Shown here: positions 9,590 through 22,635 of the stretch, piece by piece
Layout: every line of letters begins with the position of its first letter
Numbering within the stretch: the first letter of the stretch is position 1
Source: Vicugna vicugna
Lineage: Eukaryota
Length of the DNA: 64,000 nucleotides
NCBI GenBank assembly: GCA_013265495.1
Contig: MU057801.1
Coordinates: forward strand, 1,667,879-1,731,878
Reading direction: 5' to 3'
The notes under the pieces: generated by a model
Databases searched by the model: none
What the model was told of the DNA's origin: nothing
What the model saw: only the letters and a program-made list of their open reading frames with translations
Made by a program: the position numbers and the translations under genes

Positions 9590-11524
9590 AATCCGATCCA
9601 TGACAAATGCACCGACTCGGACTTCAGCAGGAGACGTGCAGCCTCATGCAACAGCGCCACCTGCTGAAAAAAAGGGAACAGTTTTCTTAGACTTCAAGTC
9701 CCTGGAAGGGGCTTGTATCCTGATGCCTTCCAAATGCCACTTAAGGTTAAACTTAACCTTTCCAGAGATGGAGCGTAGGGGGAAGGCCTGGGGGGCGTTG
9801 CAGGGAGCCGCTGAGGGGAGGGTTATACTTTGGAAGAGCCGGGCTGGGCAGGTCCCGGTGCTGCTGCAGGCGCTCAGCCCCTCGGAGCATCTTCACACTC
9901 TCCGGATTCCGGGGGAGGTGGGAGGCTGCGGACGGCGGCGGGCTCCCCCGCCGCAGGGCATATCTGATGCCCCGGCACCCAGCCCTCACTGGCCCTGCTA
10001 GAAGCACCCAGCCCAAGAGCTCGCCACGCACTTTCCCTCCATCTTCATAATGCAGCTCCGTATAAACCTTAACTCGTTCCAGCATCTGCCTCATTGTTTG
10101 TCTGGAAATAATAAGAACTGTTTGTTTCGCTCTATAATTTGAGAGAAAGCCTGGCACCCCCGCCCACCGTGGATAACGCTCTGGAACGATCCCTGTCATC
10201 TCCCGGTCGTGCTGAGCACCAGCCAACTGTTTTCTTCAAAGAGATGTTTGATCTTCTCTCTGCTAATCAGAAGTCGGAACCTGAAAATCGTACCAGATCA
10301 TCGGACGGCCCAGGTCTGACGTGTTTTCTGTTTCACCACCTGTTTCTGCAATATTCCTTGAAGCGTGGAAGGACGTTCACGTTTGAACCGAGTTCTTTTT
10401 CTCTTGTTACTGGCCGTTCTCCCCTAGCAGGAGCTCACAATTGGCCCGAATGTGGGGGAGAGAGGAAGGGTGGGAGGGAGGGTCTTAGTTCTGCAGTGAA
10501 GAGCTGGAAGTTACCAGTGTAACTTGAATGCCAAAACCAAGAATATCCAGTCTGGTCATCTGGCTCTTCACTCATTGTATCTGGAGTCTGGATGGATGGG
10601 GGGTCTGCTAAGAGCTCAGACCAGTCCCAAGACTCCAGGCACCACATTTAACTGTGAACAAATACACATCAGGACACCCCCCCCAAACGGGAGAGGGAGT
10701 GTGATGTCCTGAACAAGGACTGCGTGCTCGGGGAGCACCCGGCCTGGGAGCTGGGAGTTAAATCATCGGGGAGCAAGATGGCCCGTGTACAACCGCTCAA
10801 ACGTCAGAAAGGGAGAGGCTCCAGACTCAACTCTCCTCGACTCAGAGCGTAGAACTAACACTAGTGACATTTCGGAGGGAGAGGTGCTAACTTATGATGA
10901 AAAACGAAACAAATTTGTAACGGTTGGACGTGTCCGAGGATGGTTTGGAACGCTCTGGGGAGCAGGGTTGCAGGAAGGGTGTGTGTGACCAGGTCATCTG
11001 ACTTCACGTCCCATTTACACTGAGATCTTTAACTTAAAGGTCCTTTAGCGTTTAATCCATGGCTCGACCCAACCTATAGGCAACTTTTTCATCTTTAAAT
11101 TTTAAACAGGTAAGTGAATGAAAATAAGTTGGGGAGATTCTTCCTTTCAAACCCAAGCTTGAGGCCATGCAATTGATATTTGATTCGTTTGTCCTAAAAA
11201 TTATGTAACACAAGAGGAAAACATATTTGTAAACAAAAGGAAAACCCTTTAGGGGCAGCTCTTTGTAAAAAGGATTTGGCACTGGGTAAATGCTGCATTT
11301 CTACTAATTGCTTGCATTTCATTACTGTGATCAAGTTTAATTATTCCTGGAAAAATTCTCCACTTTGTAAATTATTCAGAGGTCACAAAGCTGGGCTTTC
11401 CGAATCAGCACTTTGCAGCGCATGGAAAAATCCAAAAAGAGAAAAAAAGTAACTCATTTGTTTTTGAACATCTTTGGCTGCTATGAGGTTGTATCCTATG
11501 AAATTATTTGACCAACTTTAATTA

Positions 11525-11645
11525 AATATTTTATTTCAAAAGTAACAGATTCACATTGCAGCTGTGAGAAATAGCATACAGAGCCTTCGTACCTTTTACC
11601 TGGTTTCACCCAGTGGTAACATCTTGCAAAACTATAGTACATTTT
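11525..11645 (-). mobile_element. L1MC 3' terminal fragment
   Basis: cttttacctggtttcacccagtggtaacatcttgcaaaactatagtaca. Confidence 0.7.
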
Positions 11646-14600
11646 TGATGTGCAAAATGGTGGTTTTATGGGATTCAACCTAATATGTCATAGATGAATG
11701 CCAAAACCCACAAGTCTGACTGGATTAGGCCATGTGAATGCATCCTAAATTCACAAAGCTTTCAAGTAACATTGATGACACTGAAACCTGGGCCATTACA
11801 GCTGCGATGCACGTGGGCTTAGCTTGCGGGAGAGGAGAGGGTTCTAGGGAGGCTCCTGTAGAAGAACAAGGCTGAGGGCTGGGTTTTTGGAAACGCCACA
11901 GATGGATCAGGGACAAAGCACTGGGAAATCGGGGGGGGGTGCCCCTGGGTGAGCAAACACCAGATGCAGCTTGAAGGCCAGAGAGAGCGAGGGGGTGGGG
12001 AGGCCAAGGCAGCCCGGGAGGTGCCGGGATGGATGAGAGGTCAGTCTGTGAGCGGAGAGGAAGGCACGAACCCAGAGGAAGAGACGGCAGGTGCAGCAGA
12101 GGAGGTGGGCCAGGAGGGGGAGGGTCCGCGGAGGACGCTCCCAGGAGGGGGGAAGGGAAAGTGTCTTCCCTCGCTGGAGGAGAGGAGGCTAGAATGGGGG
12201 AGGTGGCTTCGACATTTAGAAGTAACAGAAGAGCAAACTGACTATACTTCAATTTAAAAGAAAAAGTGAGTAGGAGAGAGTGCATTGTAAATTTTACTGG
12301 TTTTCCAATGTTTTAAAAATAATGCAACCTTTTGTCTTTTTCTACACTGTATCGCATGCAGAATGCTGAGATACAAAAAACTGGAGATCAGGGCTGGTCC
12401 TGCTGAAATGAGGCTAAGGCCCACCTTCAGCCTCTCCTGACTCAGCGTGGCCCCGTTTTACCTTCCAAAGCCTAGAGCTTCCCCAAACGCATCAGAAAAC
12501 AAATAGCATCCATGATGGAGGAAAAAGGCCAAAGTATTTCAACCCTGTAAGTCCTGCTTTTATCAGGCTAGAGACTTTAATTCTCACATCGTTCTGTTGT
12601 TTGGCACATGAACTGTGAGATGTAAAGGGTTTCCTTGGTTTCACAGGGAGACCGAAAGCTACAGCGTGAACGTTCTAATGGGATGAACAGGTCGTCCGAC
12701 TATCAGCGCGAGAGTGGCTGGTCCTGTGAGCCCAGAGTGGGAGCAGCCTGGCCCGCAGCCAGCACCCCGAGGGCTCAGCGGGCTGTGAGCACATCCCGAA
12801 CCAAAACCGTGGCGGGCTGTCCCAACCCAAACGTGCTAGTAGCCTGGAGTAAGAAAGCTCTAATGTTCAGGTCCAGAAACCCGATGCCCCGCTGGCCGGG
12901 CTGGCCGACCCCGGCCGCAGCGGCACCTCCGCTGTGAGCCCGTGCTTAGCAAGGACAGGGACAAAGCGGGGAGTAGAGGTGCAGGTGAGGGGGGAGCAGA
13001 GCGGATTTGCTGTGAACATTGGTTCCAGGAGAGCAGGGCAGAGGCAGCCGGGGGAGAGGGAAGGAGGGAGCCGAGCCCACGAAGTGACGACATGTGGTTA
13101 TAATTTAGAGAAGGTTTATTTCAGAAATGGAGATGAATCAGCTTAAAAGGGGAGAAAGGGACTTGTGAGCGGGGCTACGAAGGCGGAGGGTCGGAGGGGT
13201 GGACACGGCTCGTGCGGCCCCACCGCCGTCACTGTCGCTGGGGTCCAGCCGTCACCTGCGGGCGCCAAGGACTGGAGCTGCAGCCCCTGCCGCTCCCCAC
13301 GTGCGCGCGTGAGAGGGCCAGGCGCCGGCACTCCGGCTCCGCGCCCCGCCCCGAGGTCCCCCGGGTGCCACACACATGCGAGTGCTCCCGCGTAAATATG
13401 TGCAGGGCAGGGGACCTCAGAGAATGCCTTCCGTGCTTCCCAGCCCCCTGGCCCGCCTCCCTCCCCGCCAGCCGCCTCCCTCCTTCTTTCCTCCCTCCCT
13501 TCCCTCCTCCCCTCTCTTCCTTCTTTCCTCCTGTTTCTTCTCTTTCTTCCCGCGCATGTGTGCTGAGCGCTATGTTCCATGCACCTCAGCCACGATGCTG
13601 AGCAAACAGACGTGGTCCTGCCCTTGTGAGGCTCACGAGCAGGTGACAGGGACGGACACGGATCAGTCGTCACTGTCACAAACAGTAAGTTGTGCTTCCT
13701 TTATTATTATGGAAGTTGAATACTTCGCCTCGTGTCTACGGTGCGTGTGACACTCATGGACCTCCTGACCCAGGTATGAACACCCACTCTATATACATCT
13801 AGCTGAACTTTATCTGGTTCTCTGCCCGCGGCGGCCCAGTGAAAGAATTTAATCCATCTAGCTTCTCAGTCTAATTCAGTAATGGAAACTCGGTCCACTG
13901 GGTTTGAGTCTCTCCGTCTGGAGCTCAGCCCCCTTCTCTCCCTCCTTGGGGTGTCACGGAAGACTCCGGGAGGTCTGAGGCCCGTGGCCTCAGGACTGTG
14001 GCTGGGGTGGGGAGGCACGTGGGTTGGGGTCTGTCCTGAGACCAGGCTGAGCTTTGCCAAGATGCAGGTCCTGTCCTGGCCTCCCTCGGCGGGGAGCCCG
14101 GGCCTCACTGGTTCGCTGTGCGGTTGTTGCCGTGGGCGGTGGCACCGTGTTCATCGCCATGTGCCCTTCAGGGCGGTGCCAGTGGGTCTTCTAGTTTGCT
14201 GAAATTCTCAGAGAGCTCCCACTAGAACTCATTTACAAGTTCCAAGTTCTTTAATTTCCTAAGTTCAGCATTTGTCTTTATTAACGCGTTCCTTTCCCTG
14301 CCATCACAGCCATTACCCCTCCAGCTTCTTAGGTTACCTTTTCCCGTCATTTGACTTTATTTCTCATGAATAAAAAACATGGAAGGCTATAAATTTTGAG
14401 TACAGTATTTACCACATGGCATGAATCGGGGTTTATTGTTTTCCAACCATTATTATTTCTGAGAACATTAAACTGAATTTGCAATTTCTTTTTGGACCCT
14501 CGCGTTAATTTGGAGTCAAGGGGTCAGATTTTGTTATTGTTGTCAATGTCTGTGCCAGTGTCTGTGTTGGTTGTAGTTATTACTACGTGCTTATAAAACT

Positions 14601-15317
14601 TCTAGTTTTAGGAATACACAAAGATTCTTCATGGAAATTCTGTAATTTTATATTTTCAGAAGCATTCCGTGGTCATCAAGAAAAAAAAATTTGTACTGAG
14701 TTTGAAATTATAAATATATATCCAACAAACACACATTTCTTAGAAATTTCACCGCCCAAACACACCCCGACTCTAATTGCTACCACATACATCTTACAAC
14801 CCCAGAGCCCCCATCAAATCTGGGAATGTCCTGAGTGCCCAGGTGTAGGGTTCTCGGGAAACCCTAATCAAGCGGGGTGGTGGCGGCCACGGGCAAGAGC
14901 TAATGCCTGCCCCCCACCACTGCTTCGCATCCTCAGCCCATGGATTCTGCTGTCATGGCAGCGGGGGTCCAGCAAGGCTGGCGCCCTTCCTTTGGTCATC
15001 CGTTGTCGCAAGCGCTAACCAAGAGGTAAGGCTATTAGAAGAGCTTTATTGAAATTCCGTCTCTCCGTCAGTTTGCATTTGTAGAATATCCCTTACGCTA
15101 CAGTCTTGTTTTCAACATTCCCAGGCTATTTTTGTGAAGCGTTGCTTTCACAGACAGCAAAATTGAGTAGAGCAGTTTTCCAATTCAAACTGAGAGGGTT
15201 TTGTATTAGCGGTGGTTTTTAACTTATTTTGGCCTAATGTCTAAATCAATAATTTGGTCTCTGTCATTTAACTGGTAATGTTTCTTTGATGAATTGTTTG
15301 TTTTCTCTTGAAATCCA

Positions 15318-16060
15318 GTGGAACATCACCATCTGGATGTGAACCATGCATCTCAGATCCCACGTGCCCCAACACAGCTCTGTCCTCCCAAGCGCCCCTG
15401 TGAAATTCCTCCCGTCTCATTAAATGGTGCCACCTTCAACGTACCCAGACGCCGTCCTTCACTCTTCTCATTCTCCAAAAACCTACGTCTGATTCACCCA
15501 CAAGTCCCGTTTGCTCGACACCCCAGGCACATCCCAAAGCTGACCACTCCGTCCGTCTCCACCGCCATGAATTGTGCCGGGCCATCGCCGTCTCTTGCTG
15601 AGGTACCACTGAAGGTCCCGTCTGATTAATTCTGCTCTCAGTGCTCACTGAGTCCTTACCGTGTGCCAGGTGTCTGATAGGTATTAGGAACATGTCAGTG
15701 GGTAAAACACAGAAAGACCTCTGTCCCAATGCAGCTTGCATTCTGATGAATGGAGACAGACAATAAGGGAAGGTGTGTGTGTGCGTGAGTGTGAGATGGA
15801 GGCGGTAAGTGCTATGGAGAAAAAATGAAGGAAAGGGGACAAGAAGGAGGAGGATGCGGGAAGTTGTACTTTTAAAGGAAGAGGTCAGAAAGACATCACT
15901 TCAAAGAGGACACCGGTGTGAGCTCTCAAGGAGGTGAGGGAGCGAGAGGTGTGGGGCCAGAGGGGAGGCGGTGCCAGGCGCCAAGGCCAAGTCGGGACCG
16001 GGGCACAGACCCTGCAGTGCCTTCAAGGCCACGGGAAGGACGTGGACATATGACGGCCCC
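15318..16060. mobile_element. Two adjacent L2 fragments (plus ~15320-15620, minus ~15625-16060)
   Basis: Plus fragment: cctcccgtctcattaaatggtgccacc. Minus fragment: ctcactgagtccttaccgtgtgccagg...agcttgcattctgatgaatggagacagacaataa...taagtgctatggagaaaaa. Confidence 0.7.
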
Positions 16061-16084
16061 AGTGAGGCCCAGCCACAAGAGGTT

Positions 16085-16548
16085 TTTGTTTTGTTTGGTT
16101 TCACTTTCTTGGAATTAAAACCAATGCTTCCACTTTGAATGGTTTTAGCTCTGCAGAAATGTCACACAGAGAATGCGGGCCCACTTACCCACTGTTGTCA
16201 GCTCGTGTCTTGTGGCATGTCTGTCACAGCTACGGAACCAGCGTGGGTGCCACACCACAGACTGAAGTCCACACTTACTTCGAGTTTCAGCAGTTTTCCC
16301 CGAACGTCCTTGTCCTGTCCCAGGATTCCACCCAGCGAGGCCCATTCTGTTTGGTTGTCATGAGTCCCTGGTCTCCTCTGCACTGTGACGGGTTCTCTGA
16401 CTGTCCTTGCTTTTGGCGAACTTGGCTGTTCCGAAGGCAGAATTTTGCACAATGTCCTGCAATTTGGGTTTGCCTGATGTTTCTTCACGACTAGATGAGG
16501 GTCATTCCTCATGGTTAGGCCAAGGTTTTGAGGAGGGAACACTGACCA
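16085..16548 (-). mobile_element. L1MC1-3-like 3'UTR fragment
   Basis: ctgtcccaggattccacccag...ttggttgtcatgagtccc...aatttgggtttgcctgatgtttcttcacgactaga. Confidence 0.7.
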
Positions 16549-16549
16549 C

Positions 16550-17330
16550 AAAGTACAGAAAGCTAAAACACAACAAATGATTGCAAAACACCCTTGAGGG
16601 ATTGTAAGATTCATTGCTTAAAAAAAGTCGCTGAAGAGGAAAACCGAGGAACTGTTACAAAATATATCAAGCAATCACCCCATGTACAAAGCAGGGCTGC
16701 GCCCCCCAGCCTAAGCCCTCGTAAAGGACCGTTCACAGTAAATGAACTGGTATTTCAAATCTAAAGGTTGGAAAGAGGAACAGGAACACAGAAATCTAAA
16801 TCAAGCAGTGGGAAGGAAATAAAGAGATTCATTTCATCACGAGGAAATGAAAAGCAGGGTTAATTGATAAGATCAAATACTATTTCAAAAGAACAATAAA
16901 ACAGACAAACAGAGAAAGAGGGAAAGTGAGCACGTGAAAAACACTGGGAACAGATAAGTTTAACACAAACATGTGCAGAAGTGTTTTTTTAAACTGTCAG
17001 GGTCAATACGAACAACTCCATACCAATAAATTAAAAACTCATGGAATGGACAATTTGCTAGGAAACTGTTGTCGAGACTGGTCTTAGAGGGAAGCCACCA
17101 AGAAGGCGTATGATCATTAAAAGAAACAGTAGTAATAATTGAAACGGTGGCCCACGCACCTCATCCCCACAGACCCGGGCGCAGGTGCTCTTTGTAGCCA
17201 CTGCTACAAATTCTAGAAAAAGGTGTTTTCCATTGTGTCCTAACTGTTTCTGAAAAAGAAAAGAAAGAAAAGAAAAACCTCTTACAGCCAAGAATACCGG
17301 GGGCTGGAAACACAGGCGCACGCCTTTGTC
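16550..17330 (+). mobile_element. Old L1 ORF2 fragments
   Basis: A-rich: aaatcaagcagtgggaaggaaataaagaga, tttcaaaagaacaataaaacagacaaac, aacaactccataccaataaattaaaaactcatggaatggacaatttgctag. Confidence 0.7.
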
Positions 17331-18060
17331 TCAGCGCTGCAGGCGCCGACGGCTCCCTGCGGGCTCCGCCGCGGGGACGGGGAGCCGGTGCTGCGCTTAG
17401 CGCGAGTTCGTCTCGGCGGTGAGGGCGGCTCCGGGGCTCCGAGCGTAGCGGCCTGTGAGCCCTCCGCGCTGGGCCTGAGTTACAGGCGTTCGAAAAGCGG
17501 GCATCAGGCGGAGGCGTCTGCCTCCAGGCGGGGAGGTGCCTCGGGGGTCCCTGCGGGTTCCTGCCGGGCCGGGCCGGACTCCAGGCTGCGCCCCGCGGCC
17601 GGTCCGTCGCGAGGGCCCGGGGAGGCGCCGTCGTGGTTGCGCCCTCCGCTCAGCTGCTGCGACGCCCCCCACCCCGCCCCGCTGGCCTGCGCAGCGTCAT
17701 CGCGCAGCAGGTCCCCGCTGGTCCCCGCGCCTGCCTGTCGACAGGGCTCGCCCCGCGGACGTGACGCCTTTTCTCGTCTGTCCCTCGCCCCTGTCGGTGA
17801 AGAGCGCCTTCGCCTGCTGCAGCCGCTTTTCTTCTTCTCGAAACAAGGAGTCAGGAAGGGATGGCTGCTGGCGCCCAGTCCCCAGATCAGGTCTGTCAGG
17901 GCTGAACTGCCCCAGATGCTTCTGCCTTTTCAGCGTGGCGGCAAGACGGCCACGTGTCCCCGTCCAAGGCGGGAAGGAGGAAGGAGGGCCGGGCAGCCGG
18001 GCCACGCGGTCCCCAGTTCCCAGCGCGCCCTCTGCGCCTCAGGCTCGAGAGGCGGGAGGG
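17310..18060. promoter_or_regulatory. Orphan CpG island
   Basis: About 750 bp of very high GC/CpG content between L1 fragments. No convincing exon or ORF. Confidence 0.6.
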
Positions 18061-18539
18061 AAAGGCTTTACTAATTCCAGTTCGCACACTTCTTTGTTAT
18101 CATCAGCAATCCCTTCACACTTCCCTTTTTCTTCCCTTCCTTCCTTCTTTCTTTCCTTCCTTTTTTCTTTCCTTTTTTTGGTGGCGTTAAAGTGACTTTT
18201 ATCTGAGTGCAAAATTGACTTTGTCCCTGAGATTTTCAAACATATGTGTCATTATTTTCTAGAAATTTCTCTTTAGAGTACTGGGTTCCTCTTCTACCCG
18301 ATGTGTACAAGAGACGATTGTTTAGGTTTCCAAACAGATGTAAATGTTTTTAGGTGTCTCTGTCGCGTTGCCGCGTGTGGGCACAGAGTGCCCTCTGTGC
18401 GCTCCCTTCCAGCGCCGCCTGGGAGATTTGGGACAGTCTCAATTGTGGCCACCTTGCACGTCTTTAAATGATGTGTAAAAACCTTTATTCTCCTTTTTCA
18501 AGTACAGTTGGATACCTTTTGGCTCAATTGCTGATAATA

Positions 18540-18990
18540 AGTAAAATGGATAAATGCATAATGGACCGTAGCTCTCAGTATGAGGCTAAAACCATCAAGC
18601 TCTGGAGGAAACGCCGGAGGCCATCTCTGGGGCCCTGGGGTGTGCACAGATTTCTTGGAACAGATGCAATTTGGTGATTTTGACTTCAGAATTAATAATT
18701 CTTGGTTATCAAAGGACACATTTAAGAAAGTGAGAGGCAAAGCACAGACTGCATTCTCAATACATGTATTTGACAAAGAACTTTTTCCTAGAACATGTAA
18801 AGAATTATGAATCAATAAGGAAAAGACAGACGGCCTAATTTTTCAGAAAAGCACAAAAGGCTACCACAGGTGCGTCACAGAAAGTACCCAAATGCTCAGT
18901 AAACCCTGAAAAGCGTTCAAGTACCATCACTCGCAGGGACGTGCACGCTAACCCACACGGAGAGCGCACACACGCCTGCGCAGAAGGGAG
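18540..18990 (+). mobile_element. Old L1 ORF2 fragment
   Basis: aaaaccatcaagctctggagg, tcaaaggacacatttaagaaagtgagaggcaa, atttgacaaagaac...tagaacatgtaaagaa, cagggacgtgcacgctaacccaca. Confidence 0.75.
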
Positions 18991-19400
18991 ACGAGCCACG
19001 CGCGCGCGGGGACCGGGCAGCTGGGCTCGCGGGGCTGCGGCTGCGGCTGCACAGCGAGCGGACGCTGCGGAAACCCGGCGGTTTCAGCCAAGATGAACCT
19101 TCCTCCTCCCCCTCCCCCTCCTCGCTCCTCCCTCCCCCGCTCTTCTGATGACAGACCGGAGTGTTGGCCTCCGTCAGCTGTGCTTTTGTCTCTTCTCGGA
19201 AGCCTGACATTCCCCACCCCCCCCCCGTCCTGGACCGGGTTGTCTGGGAAGGGCTGACGATTTTCCACACACACACACACACACTCACACACACTCTCAC
19301 ACTCACACACACTCGAATGGACATTTTTCCCCAACAGAGAGGCTGTAAAAGTGAAAAACGTAGATGCAAGCAACCACATGGCGCCTAAACTTTGACGAGA
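18990..19400. promoter_or_regulatory. Small CpG-rich element with a C-rich tract and a (CA)-rich repeat; candidate promoter or enhancer
   Basis: gcgcgcgcgggg...gctgcggctgcggctg, C-rich tract at 19097-19140, CA/CT repeat at ~19267-19312, and YY1-like acatggcg near 19376. Confidence 0.4.
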
Positions 19401-19664
19401 AAGCACATGTATTTAAAAAATAGCTTTGATGCTGAAATGGTTATTTCAGAAGCAGATATTTGCTTGGTCTTCTGCACAGAAAAGCAGAACATGCACGTTG
19501 CTTCTCGCAGGGAATTCAGAGCAGGCGGCTGGAAGGAATCTTATGTGTAATGAGCGCGTCAGTGCACACACGTACATGCCACTGCTTCTACTGCTTCTGT
19601 GTCTTTGCTTACTCGACAATTGTTTCTTTTGTTTGTTTGTTTAAAAACTTTTAATTTTGGAATA

Positions 19665-19888
19665 GATTTATTATTTGTTTGTTTATTGAAGTACAGTCAG
19701 GAACAGTGTGCCAGTTTCCGTTATACAGGATCGTGTCCCAGTCATGCAGATACAAACGTATATTCATTTTTGTATTACTTTTCATTAAAGGTTATTACAA
19801 GATGTTGGATATAGTTCCCTGTGCTGTACAGAAGAAATTTGTTTTCTAAATCTATTTTTATGTACAGTGGTTAAAATTTGCAAATCTG
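19665..19888 (-). mobile_element. Truncated camelid-type L1 3' end
   Basis: ttattgaagtacagtcag...gttattacaagatgttggatatagttccctgtgctgtacagaaga...tttgcaaatct. Confidence 0.85.
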
Positions 19889-22635
19889 TTCCTCAACCTG
19901 GCACCTTGCAGCGGGCTCGTGATGCTAAGGGTGGTGCACTGCAGACCGTTCTCTGAGGACTTGGCTGCTGGGGGAATGGATGCACGAACAGAGCCGCTCG
20001 AAGCCACCGGGTGAGCATCTCCTCTGAGACGTCAGCTGCCCCCCAGCTGCGCAGGTGCCGCCTCTCGCTGGAGGAACGGGTGAGGCTGGCGGGAGGTCTT
20101 GAAGGATGACTTCCCAAGCTGGAGGGAGACACTGAACACCCTGGACTCCCGGAGCAGCGTGTGCGAAGACTCAGATGCACCAAGGGAAATGGGAGTTTGG
20201 GGACCACGAGTGGGTTCCTGCAGCCGAAGTCCCACTCCTGGCGGGGAAGGGGTTGTATTCAGCCTCAATCAATCTTAAAAACCATCTCTCTCACAGCATT
20301 TTATGAGACTTTGTGACTATTTTATTTCCACTCCCTGACAGCTTAATTTTCTAGGGTACTTTTCATTCTAGTGTGTATTTCGGTGTAATACCACCATAAG
20401 TTTATTTAATAATCACATATTGGCTGCAGGCCAAAGCTGGGCTTGTAAACACCTTTATAAAATAAGGAGACCCTTCCTGGACTCTTCAAAGTCTTTAATC
20501 TGTCTTGCACAAGACCGATTTTAAACGCATCTCAGCCATGCCGCTCCAAAGCAGATGTCGAAAGTATATAAGAGATTATTGTGATAAGATTTTAGAGTAG
20601 AGAGTTCTTAAGCTTGAAAACCAAGAATAAGTTACAATGACTTTTGAAGAAATCTGTTCGCTTGTTTGTTTTGCTTTTCCCAGACGGGCTGAAGCTGGCT
20701 GAGCAGCTTCAAGGGTTTGAAAGTGATGCTGCCCCTGCATCCGAGCATCCATCCTGGGAGGAAGCCTCCACGGCTTCACCGGGAAAGCTAGAGACCGAGC
20801 GCTTCCTGAGGCTCTGGCGTGGTACCCATGGAGGCAGGAGTGGCATCCTTGGCCAGTTTGCAGGGTTTTCGGGAGAGAGGCTGAGTGGAAGGGACTTGGC
20901 GTGCTTTCCGTCCCCCGACGACTGTCAAGTGAGGCACCGAATGGACGCTCCTGGCTGTGCCCTTCTCTGTAATTGAAAATGCTACGTCAAAAAATAAAAC
21001 ATGTCAACAGTTCCTGCTGCCTGCCTCACATGGGGGAGAGCCGTGTACATTTGAAGTTATCCCTGCCACTTAAAAGAATTATAGCCACCAAGCTTGTGAA
21101 GGAGCAGCTGGTTTGCAAAAGTGCTTTGGGTAAACCTGTCACAGCTCATGAGTGAACAGAATCTGAACACAGACACCGCACGTTGGGGAAATCAATTGCT
21201 TCTTCCATGAAATGAAAGGAAGAGTTTTGCTCAGGGCAACGTGGCGATGGCTGGCAACTGGTCTGCGTTAACTGCGACTTTCTTCTCGCTTCCTCGCCGC
21301 CTGGCTCCCCTTCCTCCTGCGGCCGCTGAGGCCGCGTATTGCGCGCTGGGGACATCTAAACTGGAAATAATTAAAATCTATGTTTCATTTCTAGCGGCCT
21401 TGTGTGAGGAGGAGTAAAGATCGCCACAGCTTCCTGACTGAGTTAATGATGTGTTCTGCATTTTCTTAATTTTCCACATTTTAACGGCTTCTGTTCCTTA
21501 TTTGGGGGCAGGGAACTGGGAGAGGCACTGCCCACAGGCTGACTCGGGCAGAGGTTTCCAACTCTCAGGGACGGGACGGGGTGCGTGGGGCAGGGCGGGT
21601 AAGCCCCGTGGTTCCCTGCTGTTGTCCCCCCACCCTGGTCTTCAGCGCCAGAGCTAGCGTCTCGTCAAGGCTAAGTGTCAGGCTGGAGGTGGGTTTGCAG
21701 CCACCGTGGCGCTTCATTAGGGTGTGTTTTTCGACCATGATGAATAAGTGGATTTTCAAAATGAATTTCCACAAATAATTATTAAGGAAGGAAAATACAG
21801 ACTCACTGCAGAAAAACAGCAACAAACCCGCAACTGCATGTGTGTGTGTTGTGAGGACGTTAGATGTGTGTCCACAGTGGGGTGAAGCCATTGGTAGATT
21901 AAAGCAAATGCCCGTTTTTCTCAGAATTAACTTGGACATGATTTTGATGGAGACTAAGCTAGCACAAGAAGCTAGAAACGGGCCACAAGGCTAGACTGAT
22001 TATAAGTCTCTGGGCTTACTTGTGTGACTGGGTTGCAAGACCGAGATTTGTAAAGGAGAAAGTGTCTGACGTAGAGTCTCAAGTGTGCTTTTGGTCACAA
22101 TTAACTATCAAGGGAAGAAATATGAAAGCCATTCCCAAATGTTTGGAGATGAACACACTTGCGGGGTGGGGGGGATCTAAGAGGCCAGGGTGCGTCCTTA
22201 CGGATCCTCTGATTTTTCAGATTGCAAAGAGATGTTTCTAGAAAGGGTGACTCAAAGTGATCTCTAAAGGCAATGAATCGAGAAACAGAGCATGAAGGCC
22301 ACGCAACATTTTATCCAAGATAACCCCCCCAAAAAGTCAGTAACGGGATGAAAATGTATCTTCCTTAACAGCAAGCCACAGCCTCTGGCTCAGAGCTGGG
22401 GCTCAGGGAGGGGTGCGGCATGCTCTTCCGGGTGGCCTGGTGCCAGATTCACTCTGGCCCTCGACAGGACGTGTCTCTGAAGTTACACCCTAGCGTCCCT
22501 GCGACCAGGTGGTATGAGCATCCATCTCGTTGAATGAGATCTGGATTCACAAAGACTGGTCAGAAAAGTTGAGAGCATTTCTGATGGCTGGGAAAAGAGG
22601 AAGAGGAACAAGTATGGAGAAGGATGAGTTGATTT

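Noticed and set aside
9337..10001. ORFs with poly-Met, poly-Asp or poly-Ser
   Set aside because: They are translations of the (GAT)17 microsatellite and the adjacent L1MC fossil.
17388..18195. 228-aa and 219-aa overlapping ORFs
   Set aside because: By-product of extreme GC content, with non-ATG starts and no domain or splice support.
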